This document shows positions 11,062-22,188 of a stretch of 64,000 bases of DNA, one piece after another. The stretch spans positions 832,001 to 896,000 of the forward strand of contig CAVTET010000001.1 in assembly GCA_963733675.1 (NCBI GenBank), given 5' to 3'. Below the pieces are notes generated by a model, which saw only the letters and a program-made list of their open reading frames with translations, had not been told where the DNA came from and searched no databases. Each line of letters opens with the position of its first letter. The first letter of the stretch is position 1. The translations under genes were made by a program, and so were the position numbers. The stretch comes from an uncultured Methanosarcinaceae archaeon (GTDB lineage Archaea; Halobacteriota; Methanosarcinia; Methanosarcinales; Methanosarcinaceae).

Positions 11062-12768
11062 ATGATAACACCAGATATACTTTCAGATGGTATAATGCTA
11101 ATCCTTTTTTTGGTTCTCATAACTGGGGTTGCATTTCCTTTTAGCAGTTTCATTGTTCGTGTTTTTGACGGAAGTTTTTCCAGAGGAATCCTGGGAAGCT
11201 TTGAACGGGTAATATACAGATTAATAGATACTGATCCCGATAAAGAAGAAGGATGGCGGGGCTACACCAGAGATATGCTCATTTTCAATGGTATAGGTTT
11301 TGTAATTCTTCTTTTAATTCTTCTTTTTCAAGATTCTCTGCCTCTCAACCCACAAAAATTTGGGGCTTTTAATCTAAGTTTTGCCATCAACACTGCATCT
11401 AGTTTTATCACTAATACAAACTGGCAGGTCTACAGCGGTGAATCGGCTGCGAGTTATTTTACTCAGATGGCTGGACTTACAGTTCATAACTTCCTTTCCG
11501 CAGCTACAGGTATCTGCATAGCGATTGCAGTGATGCGGGGTATTACCCGCCAGTCGACCTATAAGATCGGCAACTTTTGGGTAGATATGATTCGTTGCAC
11601 TCTCTACATCCTTTTGCCGATAGCTTTCATTTTTGCTCTTGTGCTTGTTTCCCAGGGCGTTATTCAGAATATTGATCCTTATGTAAACGTCACAGGGTAT
11701 GGCCCGACAGGACCCCAGACAATCCCAATGGGACCAGTAGCTTCTCAGGAAGCAATAAAAATGTTCGGTACCAACGGAGGAGGATTTTTCAATGCAAACT
11801 CTGCACATCCCTATGAAAATCCAACACCTTTGACTAACATTATAGAGATTTTCCTTATGCTCATAATATCTGCAACTCTGCCTCTGGTCTTTGGAAGAAT
11901 GGTCGGAAGTATGAGACAGGGGTGGGTTATCTACTCTATTATGTTAGTGTTGTTTTTATTGGGATTCTGTACACTCTACGCTGCAGAGCTAGCGGGCAAT
12001 CCACTGATTAAAGAACTTGGCGTTTCCGGAATATCTATGGAAGGAAAAGAAGTCAGGTTTGGGCTATGGGGGTCCTCGCTTTTTGTCACATCTACTACGG
12101 CAACTTCCTGTGGTGCAGTTAACAGTATGCATGATTCGCTCACTCCACTAGGTGGTCTGGTGCCTATGTTCCTGATTCTTCTAGGTGAAGTCGTCTTCGG
12201 GGGGGTAGGATCTGGATTTTACACTATGATCGGATTTTTGGTGCTTTCGGTCTTCATTGCAGGACTCATGATTGGCCGCGTCCCTGAATACCTCGGGAAA
12301 AAAATAGAGGCATTAGAAATGAAGATGGCTGTCATAACCGTTCTTGTCCCTGGAATTCTTGTTCTCCTTTTTTCGGGTATTGCACTTGTTCTACCGAAAG
12401 TTGGAGATTTAATGGCAAATCCGGGTCCTCATGGACTTTCCGAAGTGGTATATGCCTTTGCATCCATGTCTAATAATAACGGTAGTGCCTTTGCTGGGCT
12501 TGACGCAACAAAGCCATTTTTCACACTTGGGGGTAGCATAGCAATGTTGATAGGCAGGTTTGTCCCTGCAATTGCCGTGCTAGCAATAGCAGGATCGATG
12601 GCGCAAAAGAAAAAAGTTCCATCAAGTTTAGGAACTCTTCCCACAGCTTCGGTTTCATTTGCTACTTGGACGATTCTAGTGATCCTGATCATCGGTGCTC
12701 TCACCTTCTTCCCACTATTCGCCACCGGCCCGATTATCGAACACCTGATTATGATGGGAGGGAATTAA
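11062..12768 (+). CDS. kdpA: K+-transporting ATPase subunit A
   Basis: Selectivity-filter motifs [27 protein letters not shown] and NNNGSAF; alternative TTG start at 11044. Confidence 0.96.
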   Translation: MITPDILSDGIMLILFLVLITGVAFPFSSFIVRVFDGSFSRGILGSFERVIYRLIDTDPDKEEGWRGYTRDMLIFNGIGFVILLLILLFQDSLPLNPQKFGAFNLSFAINTASSFITNTNWQVYSGESAASYFTQMAGLTVHNFLSAATGICIAIAVMRGITRQSTYKIGNFWVDMIRCTLYILLPIAFIFALVLVSQGVIQNIDPYVNVTGYGPTGPQTIPMGPVASQEAIKMFGTNGGGFFNANSAHPYENPTPLTNIIEIFLMLIISATLPLVFGRMVGSMRQGWVIYSIMLVLFLLGFCTLYAAELAGNPLIKELGVSGISMEGKEVRFGLWGSSLFVTSTTATSCGAVNSMHDSLTPLGGLVPMFLILLGEVVFGGVGSGFYTMIGFLVLSVFIAGLMIGRVPEYLGKKIEALEMKMAVITVLVPGILVLLFSGIALVLPKVGDLMANPGPHGLSEVVYAFASMSNNNGSAFAGLDATKPFFTLGGSIAMLIGRFVPAIAVLAIAGSMAQKKKVPSSLGTLPTASVSFATWTILVILIIGALTFFPLFATGPIIEHLIMMGGN

Positions 12769-12770
12769 TA

Positions 12771-14840
12771 ATGCCACGAACGCAATCTTCCCATGTAGGT
12801 GCCTTTGATTCGAAACTTATTCGTGAAGCGCTTATCAGTTCAGTGTTGAAACTGAACCTACGTCAGCAGATCGAAAACCCGGTAATGTTTACAGTAGAAA
12901 TAGGAAGTATCCTAACCACGATGAGTTTTCTTATCAGCTTCTTCTCTGCTACCACTGAATCCTCTTTCTTCATTGGCTTTATTTCTCTCTGGCTTTGGCT
13001 GACCGTGCTCTTTTCTAACTTTGCGGAAGCTCTGTCTGAAGGCCGTGGTAAAGCCAGAGCAGCATCTCTCCGGCTGTCCAGAACAAGCGTTCCTGCTAGA
13101 AAGCTCACAACAGAATCTTTTGATAGTCCTTTCACTGAAGTGCCTTCCTCCGATCTCCAGAAAGGTGACCTTGTCCTTGTAAAGACAAACGAAGTAATCC
13201 CTGGAGACGGAGACGTAGTGAAGGGAGTTGCATTAGTTAATGAAGCAGCAATTACCGGGGAATCTGCACCTGTTGTGCGTGAATTTGGTGGTGACCGAAG
13301 TGCTGTAACCGGAGGAACTACAGTTATTGCCAATGAGATAATCATCAAAATTACCGCTGATCCTGGACATACTTTTCTGGACCGTATGATCTCCATGGTG
13401 GAGGGTGCAGAGAGACGGAAGACTCCTAATGAAATAGCTCTCGGAATACTACTCATTTCACTGACAGTTGTATTTCTCGCGGTTGTAGTCAGCATGTACT
13501 CCGCTTCTGCGTATAGCGCTTCTTCAAGTGGAAGAGGTTCCCCCGTAAGTTTCACAGTACTAATTGCACTTTTCGTATGTTTAGCACCCACAACCATTGC
13601 AGCCCTGCTCTCAGCAATCGGAATAGCCGGGATGGATCGTTTATTCCAGTTGAATGTCGTCGCTCTCTCAGGAAGGGCAATCGAAGCTGCAGGAGATGTA
13701 AATGTCCTACTGCTGGATAAAACAGGTACTATCACCTTAGGTAACCGACAGGCAACTGAGTTTTTGCCAGTAGATGGTCAATCAACTGATGACTTGATTG
13801 AAGCTGCTATGCTGTCCTCTTCTGCAGACGATACTCCCGAGGGCAAAAGCATTATTGATCTCATTCAAAAAAATATCGGAACAGTTCCAGTTTCTTCAGA
13901 GAATGTCACTTTCACGCCATTTTCGGCCGTTACCAGAGTCAGTAGTGCAAAATGCGGCGAGATAACATACCTAAAGGGTGCTTCCGATGCAATAAATAAG
14001 TTCGTTCTTGAGCGTGGGGGTACCATTCCGTCGGATTTGAAAGCGAAAGTAGACGGAATTGCGTCTAAAGGAGGTACACCGTTGGTTGTCGCTCGTAATG
14101 AAACAATTCTCGGTGTGATATTCCTCAAAGATATTTTAAAAACTGGTATTCGAGAGAGATTTGCAGATCTGCGCAAGATAGGAATAAAGACGATTATGAT
14201 TACAGGAGATAATCCTCTTACTGCTGCTACTATCGCAGCAGAAGCCGGAGTAGATGATTATCTAGCAGAAGCAAAACCTGAAGATAAACTCTCGATGATC
14301 AAGGACTACCAGACAGAAGGCTACATGGTTGCCATGACAGGTGACGGAACAAATGATGCTCCTGCTCTTGCCCAAGCCGATGTAGCTGTGGCTATGAACA
14401 ATGGCACACAGCCTGCAAGAGAAGCTTCAAACATCATTGATCTAGATAGCAATCCAACCAAACTGTTGGACATTGTCGAGATAGGTAAGCAAATTTTGAT
14501 GACTCGCGGAGCTCTGACCACCTTTTCTATAGCTAACGATATCGCCAAATATTTTGCAATCATTCCCGCTGCTCTGGTAGGTATATATCCGAAGCTTGAG
14601 GTGCTGAATATCATGAGTCTTGCAACACCGCAGTCTGCCATTCTTTCTGCGGTCATATTTAATGCTGTGATTATTCCGATGCTTATACCACTTGCACTAG
14701 CTGGGATAAAGTTTAAGTCTATGTCGGCTTCGAAGCTTTTTGCCTACAACCTGACCATCTTTGGTTTTGGTGGGGTCATTGCCCCCTTTATAGGGATCAA
14801 GGTAATAGACCTGATATTGGCCGGTTTACTGCATATCTGA
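12771..14840 (+). CDS. kdpB: K+-transporting P-type ATPase subunit B
   Basis: TGESAPV, DKTGTITLGNR, MITGDN and MTGDGTNDAPAL; ATG at 12771 directly after the kdpA stop. Confidence 0.97.
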   Translation: MPRTQSSHVGAFDSKLIREALISSVLKLNLRQQIENPVMFTVEIGSILTTMSFLISFFSATTESSFFIGFISLWLWLTVLFSNFAEALSEGRGKARAASLRLSRTSVPARKLTTESFDSPFTEVPSSDLQKGDLVLVKTNEVIPGDGDVVKGVALVNEAAITGESAPVVREFGGDRSAVTGGTTVIANEIIIKITADPGHTFLDRMISMVEGAERRKTPNEIALGILLISLTVVFLAVVVSMYSASAYSASSSGRGSPVSFTVLIALFVCLAPTTIAALLSAIGIAGMDRLFQLNVVALSGRAIEAAGDVNVLLLDKTGTITLGNRQATEFLPVDGQSTDDLIEAAMLSSSADDTPEGKSIIDLIQKNIGTVPVSSENVTFTPFSAVTRVSSAKCGEITYLKGASDAINKFVLERGGTIPSDLKAKVDGIASKGGTPLVVARNETILGVIFLKDILKTGIRERFADLRKIGIKTIMITGDNPLTAATIAAEAGVDDYLAEAKPEDKLSMIKDYQTEGYMVAMTGDGTNDAPALAQADVAVAMNNGTQPAREASNIIDLDSNPTKLLDIVEIGKQILMTRGALTTFSIANDIAKYFAIIPAALVGIYPKLEVLNIMSLATPQSAILSAVIFNAVIIPMLIPLALAGIKFKSMSASKLFAYNLTIFGFGGVIAPFIGIKVIDLILAGLLHI

Positions 14841-14853
14841 GGAGGTATTGATC

Positions 14854-15414
14854 ATGAAATCTCTCAAAAAAGCCACGTTGCTATTTGGAGTATTATTTAT
14901 AATCACAGGACTTGTCTATCCCCTTGCTGTGACGCTGGTATCACAGAGCGTATTCCCTTCCCAGGCTCATGGGAGCCTTATTATGGACAGTAACAAAACA
15001 ATTATTGGTTCAAAGCTCATTGGTCAGAACTTTACTGTACCTCAATACTTCCAAAGCAGGCCTTCAGCTAGTGGAAGTGGATATGATCCAACTTCTTCCA
15101 CAGGGTCTAACCTCGGCCCGACAAACCCTGCTCTCTTCGGATTGGTAGCCAATAGGACTAGTGCACTAAAGGAAGCAGGTGTTACTGACCTTATACCATC
15201 TGATCTGGTTATGGCTTCGGGAAGCGGACTTGATCCACACATAAGCCTGAAATCCGCACTTGTAGAGATACCTGCTGTGGCGAAGGCGCGCAACATTCCG
15301 GAAGAAGAACTCAAAAAACTTGTGCTTTCAGAATCTATCGATTCTCCATTCACTGGAACTTATGTTAATGTTCTTTCTCTCAACCAAGCGCTTGATAAGA
15401 AAGGGAGTACTTAA
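14854..15414 (+). CDS. kdpC: K+-transporting ATPase subunit C
   Basis: YP.....Q..FP.QA.GSLI, GS.LIGQ.F, YFQSRPSA and SGSGLDPHIS; GGAGG RBS. Confidence 0.95.
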   Translation: MKSLKKATLLFGVLFIITGLVYPLAVTLVSQSVFPSQAHGSLIMDSNKTIIGSKLIGQNFTVPQYFQSRPSASGSGYDPTSSTGSNLGPTNPALFGLVANRTSALKEAGVTDLIPSDLVMASGSGLDPHISLKSALVEIPAVAKARNIPEEELKKLVLSESIDSPFTGTYVNVLSLNQALDKKGST

Positions 15415-15423
15415 GAGGAAATT

Positions 15424-17364
15424 ATGCTAATGGATCGTCGTGAAGAAGAAGAAGGAAGACCACTAGCTGAAGATTTGCTGTGCATTGCTCGTTATAATGA
15501 GCAAAAAGAGCATGAAGGAAAGTTGACAGTTTACTTGGGCTACTCTGCAGGTGTTGGAAAGACATACTCAATGCTTCAAGATGCACTTCAGCGGCTACGG
15601 GAAGGAAGAGATGTTGTTGTCGGCTATGTTGAGAGCCATGACCGACCTGAGACAAACGCACTGGTAAGTCATTTTGAGATCATTCCAACAGTCTCCATGG
15701 AACATCATGGCCTCTCTCTGAAGGAGTTAGATCCAGATTCAATCATTAGGCGTCATCCTCAAATAGTCCTGGTAGATGAGTTGGCCCATACCAACGCTCC
15801 AGCCAGTAAGCATTTGAAGAGGTACCAGGATGTCGAAGAGATCCTACAAGCAGGAATATCAGTTTATACAACCATTAATATCCAGCATATTGAGAGCCAG
15901 AACGATGCAGTTGCCCAAATCATTGACATCCGGGTTTCTGAAATCGTACCGGATGCTTTCTTTTCCAATGCCGATGAGATTCGGTTAATCGATATCACAC
16001 CAGAAGAGCTAAATATTCGCCTCAAAGCAGGGAAAATCTATTTGAAAGGTATGGCTGAAGCTGCTATACAGAGTTTCTTCAGAACAGGTAATCTCCTTGC
16101 ACTAAGGCAACTTGCATTGCGATATATGGCAGTATATACTGACCAGATGATGATTGGTTATATGAGGAGCCGAGCTATCAAGGGTCCATGGCCTGCCGTA
16201 GAAAGGCTTCTGGTGTGTATCCGTCCAGGTCCCACAGCTGAAGCCATGGTGAGGGCAGCATACAAGCTTGCAACGAGATTCGATGCTGACTTTATAGTAT
16301 TTTCAGTAGATATCGGTGATGATAGGGCTTTATCTTCTATGGAACGTGTCTGGCTCAATCAAGCTCTAGAAACATCTCGACGACTGGGTGGCCGGATAGT
16401 TCGTTACCGTGGGAACGATATAGCTGACGAAATTGTACGCTATGCTCGGCGGAGCAATGTCAACATGATTATGCTTGGAAAACCCCACGGAATAGATGTG
16501 CTCTTTTCTCCGGTATATAGGGTCATAAGGAATTCGCATGGTATTGATATCCACCTTTACGAGCCAAAAGGAAACGGCTTGCACATACCTCTTCAGCGAC
16601 GAATTCCACTATTTTTTACAGCTGAATATGCAATTAGCCTCATCCTAATTATAGCAGTAGTGAGCTTCAATTTTTTTCTTAAAGATCATATTGGACCTAC
16701 GAACTTGCTGATTATTCAGATTTTGCCAGTCCTTGTATCTGCTTTTTTCTTCAGGCGCAGAGTAGCTATGTTTACAGCATTTGTGAGTATCTTACTTTTT
16801 GATTTTTTCTTTGTCAAGCCTTACTATTCAATTGGTATCGAAGACTTGCAATACTTCATCGCTTTTGTAGGATATGTCGCTATTGCTCTTATAATCAGCA
16901 GCCTTGCAACTCGGCTGCGTCATCTTTTGCCTCAGATATGGAAGAGCGAAGCTCAAGTGGAAGCAACATCAGGCCTTTCCCGTGAACTTGTGGAAGCAAA
17001 AACACGGCAAGAAGTTTTAAAAATTCTCTCCGATCAAATGCACAAATTTGCACCAGGTACTTTTGCAATACTCGTATCCAGCTCCTCCGGTCTTCAAATC
17101 GAAGAAGGTGATGCTGACTACCCGCTCAAAGATAAAGAGAGTGAAATTGCTCGATGGGCTTATAACAATTGCCAGGCAGCTGGATATGGAACAGATAATC
17201 TTCCCGCAGGAAGAGGGCACTATATCCCACTCAAAACGCACAGGAGGATATTGGGTCTCATGGCATTTGCCTTTGAACAGCCTGAGATAGCTCTTACTCC
17301 AGAAAATAAAGAGATATTTGAAACAATGGCATTTCTTGGGGCTCTTGCACTTGAACGCGTCTGA
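15424..17364 (+). CDS. kdpD: KdpD-like sensor (KdpD domain-USP-4TM-GAF) lacking the histidine-kinase module
   Basis: GKL.VYLGYSAGVGKTY.ML and LVDELAHTN; USP (ERLLVCI...MVRAA..LA); 4 TM segments; GAF ending GALALERV*; no H-box or HATPase motifs. Confidence 0.9.
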   Translation: MLMDRREEEEGRPLAEDLLCIARYNEQKEHEGKLTVYLGYSAGVGKTYSMLQDALQRLREGRDVVVGYVESHDRPETNALVSHFEIIPTVSMEHHGLSLKELDPDSIIRRHPQIVLVDELAHTNAPASKHLKRYQDVEEILQAGISVYTTINIQHIESQNDAVAQIIDIRVSEIVPDAFFSNADEIRLIDITPEELNIRLKAGKIYLKGMAEAAIQSFFRTGNLLALRQLALRYMAVYTDQMMIGYMRSRAIKGPWPAVERLLVCIRPGPTAEAMVRAAYKLATRFDADFIVFSVDIGDDRALSSMERVWLNQALETSRRLGGRIVRYRGNDIADEIVRYARRSNVNMIMLGKPHGIDVLFSPVYRVIRNSHGIDIHLYEPKGNGLHIPLQRRIPLFFTAEYAISLILIIAVVSFNFFLKDHIGPTNLLIIQILPVLVSAFFFRRRVAMFTAFVSILLFDFFFVKPYYSIGIEDLQYFIAFVGYVAIALIISSLATRLRHLLPQIWKSEAQVEATSGLSRELVEAKTRQEVLKILSDQMHKFAPGTFAILVSSSSGLQIEEGDADYPLKDKESEIARWAYNNCQAAGYGTDNLPAGRGHYIPLKTHRRILGLMAFAFEQPEIALTPENKEIFETMAFLGALALERV

Positions 17365-17811
17365 TAAAAGTGCGGACTTCATCTGAAGTAGAAAACTTTG
17401 CATGCAAGTATTTTGTTCTTCAGCGAACCCCCTCTCCCTTCTGCTTCGTAGCGAGGAAGATGCTTCCTGGTTGAACCATTTCTTTTATAAGAATATGTTC
17501 CCAGTTTTATTCCCTGAGTTCCATAGGTGTCAGATTAAGATCAGATTTTAATCTTGAAGAGATAATTTCTTAATATTAATAGCAGTATTGATATCTTATT
17601 ATGATTTGTTTTACATTCAGGACATTCCCATTCTCTATATTTCAATGTTGGTTCTGAGTTATGGAATCCATAAGTTTAAAAAAGCGCATTTCTGCATTAT
17701 AAATGAAAAAAATTAAGATATCAAATACCTATCAATAAAAATTCAAGAATGTAATCAATAACCTAATTCCTGTAATAGCAGGCCAGTATAGTACCTTCAT
17801 GTACCTGTTGT

Positions 17812-17945
17812 CTTTTGTATCAAAAGCTCTGAATTTCCTAAATTCCATCCAGAATAAAAAAAATTGCTGATCTATTACTAATGGAGTTTATGGGGCTCAT
17901 AAAGCTTATGGAGTTCCTGGAACACTTGGAATTAATTAGCTTACT
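17812..17945 (-). repeat. Dispersed degenerate repeat family (...GGAAATTCAGAGATTTTAGCACAAAAACTGTGCAT), MITE/IS-end-like
   Basis: Related copies at ~3470-3577, 30345-30443, 32165-32225, 33225-33365 and 40030-40091 (+), with short matches at ~29930 and ~32900. Confidence 0.65.
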
Positions 17946-18302
17946 TGTTTCCTGTGATCTGATCTTCATTTATATCAATAAGTATTGAGACTACTAAACT
18001 CAATACTGGTTGCTAGTTAGGATACCAAAACCATTTTGCTTTTTAAATTTAATATTCTCTTTCCATATTGCATAATATCTATAAAACTCAGTATATACAA
18101 TAGGATTAACACTGCCAAAATTTAAATACTAATTAATATCCAATGATTGATATATACTATCGATCCTTAATATTAATTCTAAACTGATATAGTTAAACTG
18201 GAAATCACATCCTTTTGTCATGAGTATGTTTTTTCAATTTAACTGAATAAGTCCTAACCAAATTAAAATTATATCTAACTTAATAAAATAGAGTGTAAAC
18301 GA

Positions 18303-18977
18303 ATGTTGAAACAATCATCCAGTAAAATTAAACAAGTAATGGCTAGTTTGCTGGTAGTTTTTTTTGTAGTATCAGTGACAGCTGCAGCAGTGAGTGCAGA
18401 ACCTGTTATGGTAAAAGCTGCGAAAGGAGTAGCAGTAGATTCTGAAAATGGACAGATGATAGCTGCAAAAGGAGTAGCAGTGGCTCGTGAAGCTGGACAG
18501 GTAAAAGCTGCGAAAGGAGCATCAGTGGCTCGTGAAGCTGGCCAGGTAAAAGCTGCGAAAGGAGCATCAGTAGCTCGTGAAGCTGGTCAGGTAAACGCTG
18601 CGAAAGGAATGGTCGTGGATTCTGAAACTGGGAAGATGATAGCTGCAAAAGGAGTAGCATTAGATCGTGAAACTGGACAGATAAAAGCCGCGAAAGGAGT
18701 TGCATCGGATACTAAAAAAAGACATGTAAGTACTAAAAAAGGACATGTAACTACTAAAAAAAGACACGTAAATACTAAAAAAAGACATGTGAACGCTGCG
18801 AAAGGAATGGTCGTGGATTCTGAAACTGGAAAGATGATAGCTGCGAAAGGAGTAGCAACAGATACTGAAAATGGACAGGTAAACGCTGTGAAAGGAGTGG
18901 CTGTGGATCCTGAAACTACAAAGATTATAAAAGCTGTGAAAGGGGCGTTTATAGATACGGGAACTGGGGAACAATAG
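18303..18977 (+). CDS. Secreted repeat protein of the MLKQSS-leader family (AAKG repeats plus basic KKRHV repeats)
   Basis: Signal peptide ending AVSA; ~11 copies of a 15-aa unit AAKG(V/M/A)xV(D/A)xExG(Q/K)xx; 5 copies of KK(R/G)HV. Confidence 0.85.
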   Translation: MLKQSSSKIKQVMASLLVVFFVVSVTAAAVSAEPVMVKAAKGVAVDSENGQMIAAKGVAVAREAGQVKAAKGASVAREAGQVKAAKGASVAREAGQVNAAKGMVVDSETGKMIAAKGVALDRETGQIKAAKGVASDTKKRHVSTKKGHVTTKKRHVNTKKRHVNAAKGMVVDSETGKMIAAKGVATDTENGQVNAVKGVAVDPETTKIIKAVKGAFIDTGTGEQ

Positions 18978-19049
18978 AAAAGAAAGATAAGTATAAAAGG
19001 ATCAATGATTATAAAAATCATTTGATCACTTTTTAACTAGGGCCCTGGC

Positions 19050-19330
19050 TCAGCCGAAGCAGTATCCTGGGCCATATACTGTTGTAATAGCTGTGTTTGA
19101 GATGATATGGATGAGATCACTGAATGCTGTTGCATACGCTGAGTTGTTCCTAACAAGATAGATATTCCGCACTTGACATGCGGTAGTAATATTTACTGTA
19201 ACGCTGGCACCTGGGTCAAGAGTACCGGTTACAGGCATTCCAGTTGGGCTAGTTTTGTTTTCATAAATCGTAATTCTGATGAGACCCACATTTCCTTGCT
19301 AGTTAGATTGTATAAGTATATGATTGAGAT
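19050..19330 (-). pseudogene. Fragment of a DUF7507/DUF11-like surface-protein repeat
   Basis: YTYTI*..GNVGL...GTLDPGASVT...NSAYATA...ISNTAITTV, similar to the repeats at 3630-4351. Confidence 0.45.
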
Positions 19331-19439
19331 ATTTTGATATATATTTCCTATCTTGTTTATGCTCAGAGCTAAGGCTGGACAAATTGGACAACTAAACCAA
19401 TTTAGCGGCTCTATGTTCGATTTTGTGTGGGCTAGCCTA

Positions 19440-20200
19440 TACTTCCCTCATGTCAATCGAATGCGAAACTTACTTTGAGTCTATGAGTCGCCCATTCCTT
19501 ACTATATCTACGATTATAATGTTTATGCACTTATCATTATTAACTTATAATATGTAGAATAAGTAAGTTAGGTGATTTATGAGATGAATAGTTTCCTTAT
19601 TTTGCTGACACTATTTAGTATAGTTTTTTCCAAATCATGCAGCTTTACTTAGTTATGAAACTACTATATGCAGAATCACCTATTGCCAAAGTTAAATGAT
19701 GATTCTTAGTCGTATTTTTTACATTTAGATTTTCCAGCACAACAGCTTGATTCTCACAAACAAGTCTAAAAGATATTTTATGCTGGGAATCATTCTTCTA
19801 TTTACTTATTTTCTTATGTAGTTTAGAAAGCTTGTGTTTTGCTTTTTCTCTATCACTAGAACCATTTATTTTTTTTGGCTAACTTTTTCTGAAGTACTTT
19901 TACACACTAAAGAGTATTTTTAAAACAGTTAGGATAACTGATCATTTCTCTTGTAGAGAAAAACCGTAAAATTTTTGATACCTACATTTACTCAAATAGT
20001 ATATTTATTCTGATTTTTTTCCTGGAAGCTCTTCCCCATTATTCACAAGAATACTGACTTAGTACTTCCCTGCATGTGATATGGAGAAAGTTACTGTTTT
20101 TGGAATGCCTTCTAAAAATCTGTGGAAATCGCTTTAACTTCTCCAATATTAGGAAGTATGACAAGGTTGATTTTCTGTAAGTTTCTGCTTGAGAAACTTT
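19440..20200 (-). pseudogene. Possible degraded DDE transposase remnant
   Basis: Scattered motifs IGDSAY and R.YS.. on the minus strand among stops and frameshifts; family not assignable. Confidence 0.3.
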
Positions 20201-20447
20201 TTTATTATTTTTATGAATCTCTAAAATTCATTATCGCCCACATTCATATGACTCAATCAAGCAAATAAACCGAAAATAATTAAAGATATCCTTCTTGATG
20301 TCTCTTTTTACCTGTTCCTTTGTCATTAAATTGAGAATCATTAAAACATAATTATTTATAATTTATATTATAATGTGATTCATTCGCGAACATGATCCAC
20401 TAAAAAAAGATTGAAATACGATTATAAAAATAACAAGGGGTCACAAC

Positions 20448-20600
20448 ATGCATTCAATCGAAACCAAATATGGTGAAATGGATTATTACATAGATCAAGA
20501 AGGAAAGATACATATCCATTTTTCAGAAGAGGAAATTCGTGCGCAAAATCAACTAAAAAAAGAATCGAAAAATTTCCCTATAAGGTCTGAGTATTGGTAA
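20448..20600 (+). CDS. Small hypothetical protein (50 aa, MHSIETKYGEMDYYIDQEGKIHIHFSEEEI...)
   Basis: ATG preceded by AAGGGG and an upstream TATA-like tract; protein-like composition; below the ORF-track cutoff. Confidence 0.55.
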   Translation: MHSIETKYGEMDYYIDQEGKIHIHFSEEEIRAQNQLKKESKNFPIRSEYW

Positions 20601-21524
20601 TCCATGGATTTGTGAGGCAAGATTCATTAAAAGGTGACAAAGTACTTGATTTTGCATCATAAGTGCGTAAGTTCTACAGTGTTTGATATACAGCACAGTT
20701 CATTAGTGAGTAACGTTTTTTGCTCTCCTTTATTACATCAAATTTAACTTTATCCTTAATATATCAATGTAGTTTTCAAATTTTGCTCTTTTTATATTGT
20801 TTTTTGAATGCATAATCTTTGAAGCTTTGGTTTCTTAAATACATTCCAAGCTATCCTCTTCTTCTATTCTTGTACAGGAAATGGAGTTTATCGTCCATTT
20901 TTGTGTTGATATCTCTTCCCGTTTTTCACATTTTATTGACCCAGTGATCTATTCTCTAATTTTTCCTTCCTTATTGATTACGGCGTTTGATGAATACGAA
21001 GTGACTGGTTTTGCTTTAAGATTGCACCATACGTATATACGGCCGAGAGATGAATTATAATGTCCATTGACAAATATTATCCGATATCAATACCGTTTTT
21101 TGCAAAGCTTCTATATGTTTGATAAGTTCAAGAAAGTCAGAAGTAAACTCATCACTATGGATTATCTATTATCTAAAATCACATTCATGCTTGATATATC
21201 TCTTTTTTGGCCAACAACTTTCAAATTTAATAACTATTTTCAATCCCCAAAAAACAATGAAGAATCCAATTTATTCACTAAGATTTGCAATAGAACTGAA
21301 AAATCAATAGCATTAAAACTTTATTTGTCTAAAAGGTATTTAAAATGGAGTTCTTTTGACAAATATCTTATACTTTATTTTGATCTTCAAGCGCATAAGT
21401 TATATCTCTTTTAGATAAGGATGAATCTGATTTTAGTTTTGTTCATTTCCCTTGATTGATACTATACTAAGAGAGTATCATTATATATTGATGTAAAGGA
21501 CAAAAAGGAAATCGGGAATTAAAA

Positions 21525-22034
21525 ATGAAAAGTGCTATTTTCAAGAAGATAATGGTTGCAACAGACGGTTCGGAATTGGTGAAACAAGCGGTTAAGTCAG
21601 CAGTTGAAATTGCAAAATTAAGTGAGACAAAACTATATACTGTACACGTGATCGCATTAGGTAGTCATTCGATACTTCATTCCTTAGATGAGAAATGGAA
21701 AAAGAAAATGAAAAAACAATTCATAATGAAGGGTGAAAAAGCAACAGCTTATATCGAGGACGTTGGGAAAGCTGTAAACATTGAGGTGAAATCTGTAATT
21801 ATTGAAGGAAGCCCAGCAAATGAGATTATCGATTTTACAGAAAAAAACGATATCGACCTTATCGTTATGGGAACACACGAAAAAACTGAACTCCAGAGAT
21901 TCCTGATTGGAAGTGTAGCAGAAAATGTAATCAGACACTCGAGAAAACCAGTACTTATTGTAAAAGGAGAATCTGCCGATTTGTTATTAAATGGTTTGTT
22001 AAAATCCTCAGATACAAGGCATTATGAGCATTAA
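21525..22034 (+). CDS. Universal stress protein (UspA family)
   Basis: FKKIMVATDGSE...A...A; G.PA.EIID......DLIVMGTH....FLIGSVAENVIR....PVLIV. Confidence 0.92.
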   Translation: MKSAIFKKIMVATDGSELVKQAVKSAVEIAKLSETKLYTVHVIALGSHSILHSLDEKWKKKMKKQFIMKGEKATAYIEDVGKAVNIEVKSVIIEGSPANEIIDFTEKNDIDLIVMGTHEKTELQRFLIGSVAENVIRHSRKPVLIVKGESADLLLNGLLKSSDTRHYEH

Positions 22035-22188
22035 ACTGAAAGATGATGGTGTTGCTGCACCTAGTCCTGTTTGCAGCTATCGGTATGATTTATTTCTATG
22101 AGGATAATTTCAAAGGATTTCTATAAAGCCAAAAGATCTTATTTTAATGAAGAAATCCTAGATAGAAAACTGGTGTGGGATAACCCTA

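Noticed and set aside
17420-17480. GC-rich stretch after kdpD, as an IS605 end or kinase remnant
   Set aside because: Too short and degenerate; no H-box translation in any frame I could read.
21067-21414. AT-rich ORFs 21067, 25547, 46170, 51140, 53361, 56070 and 59368
   Set aside because: F/I/L/Y/K-biased translations typical of random AT-rich DNA, without RBS or motifs.
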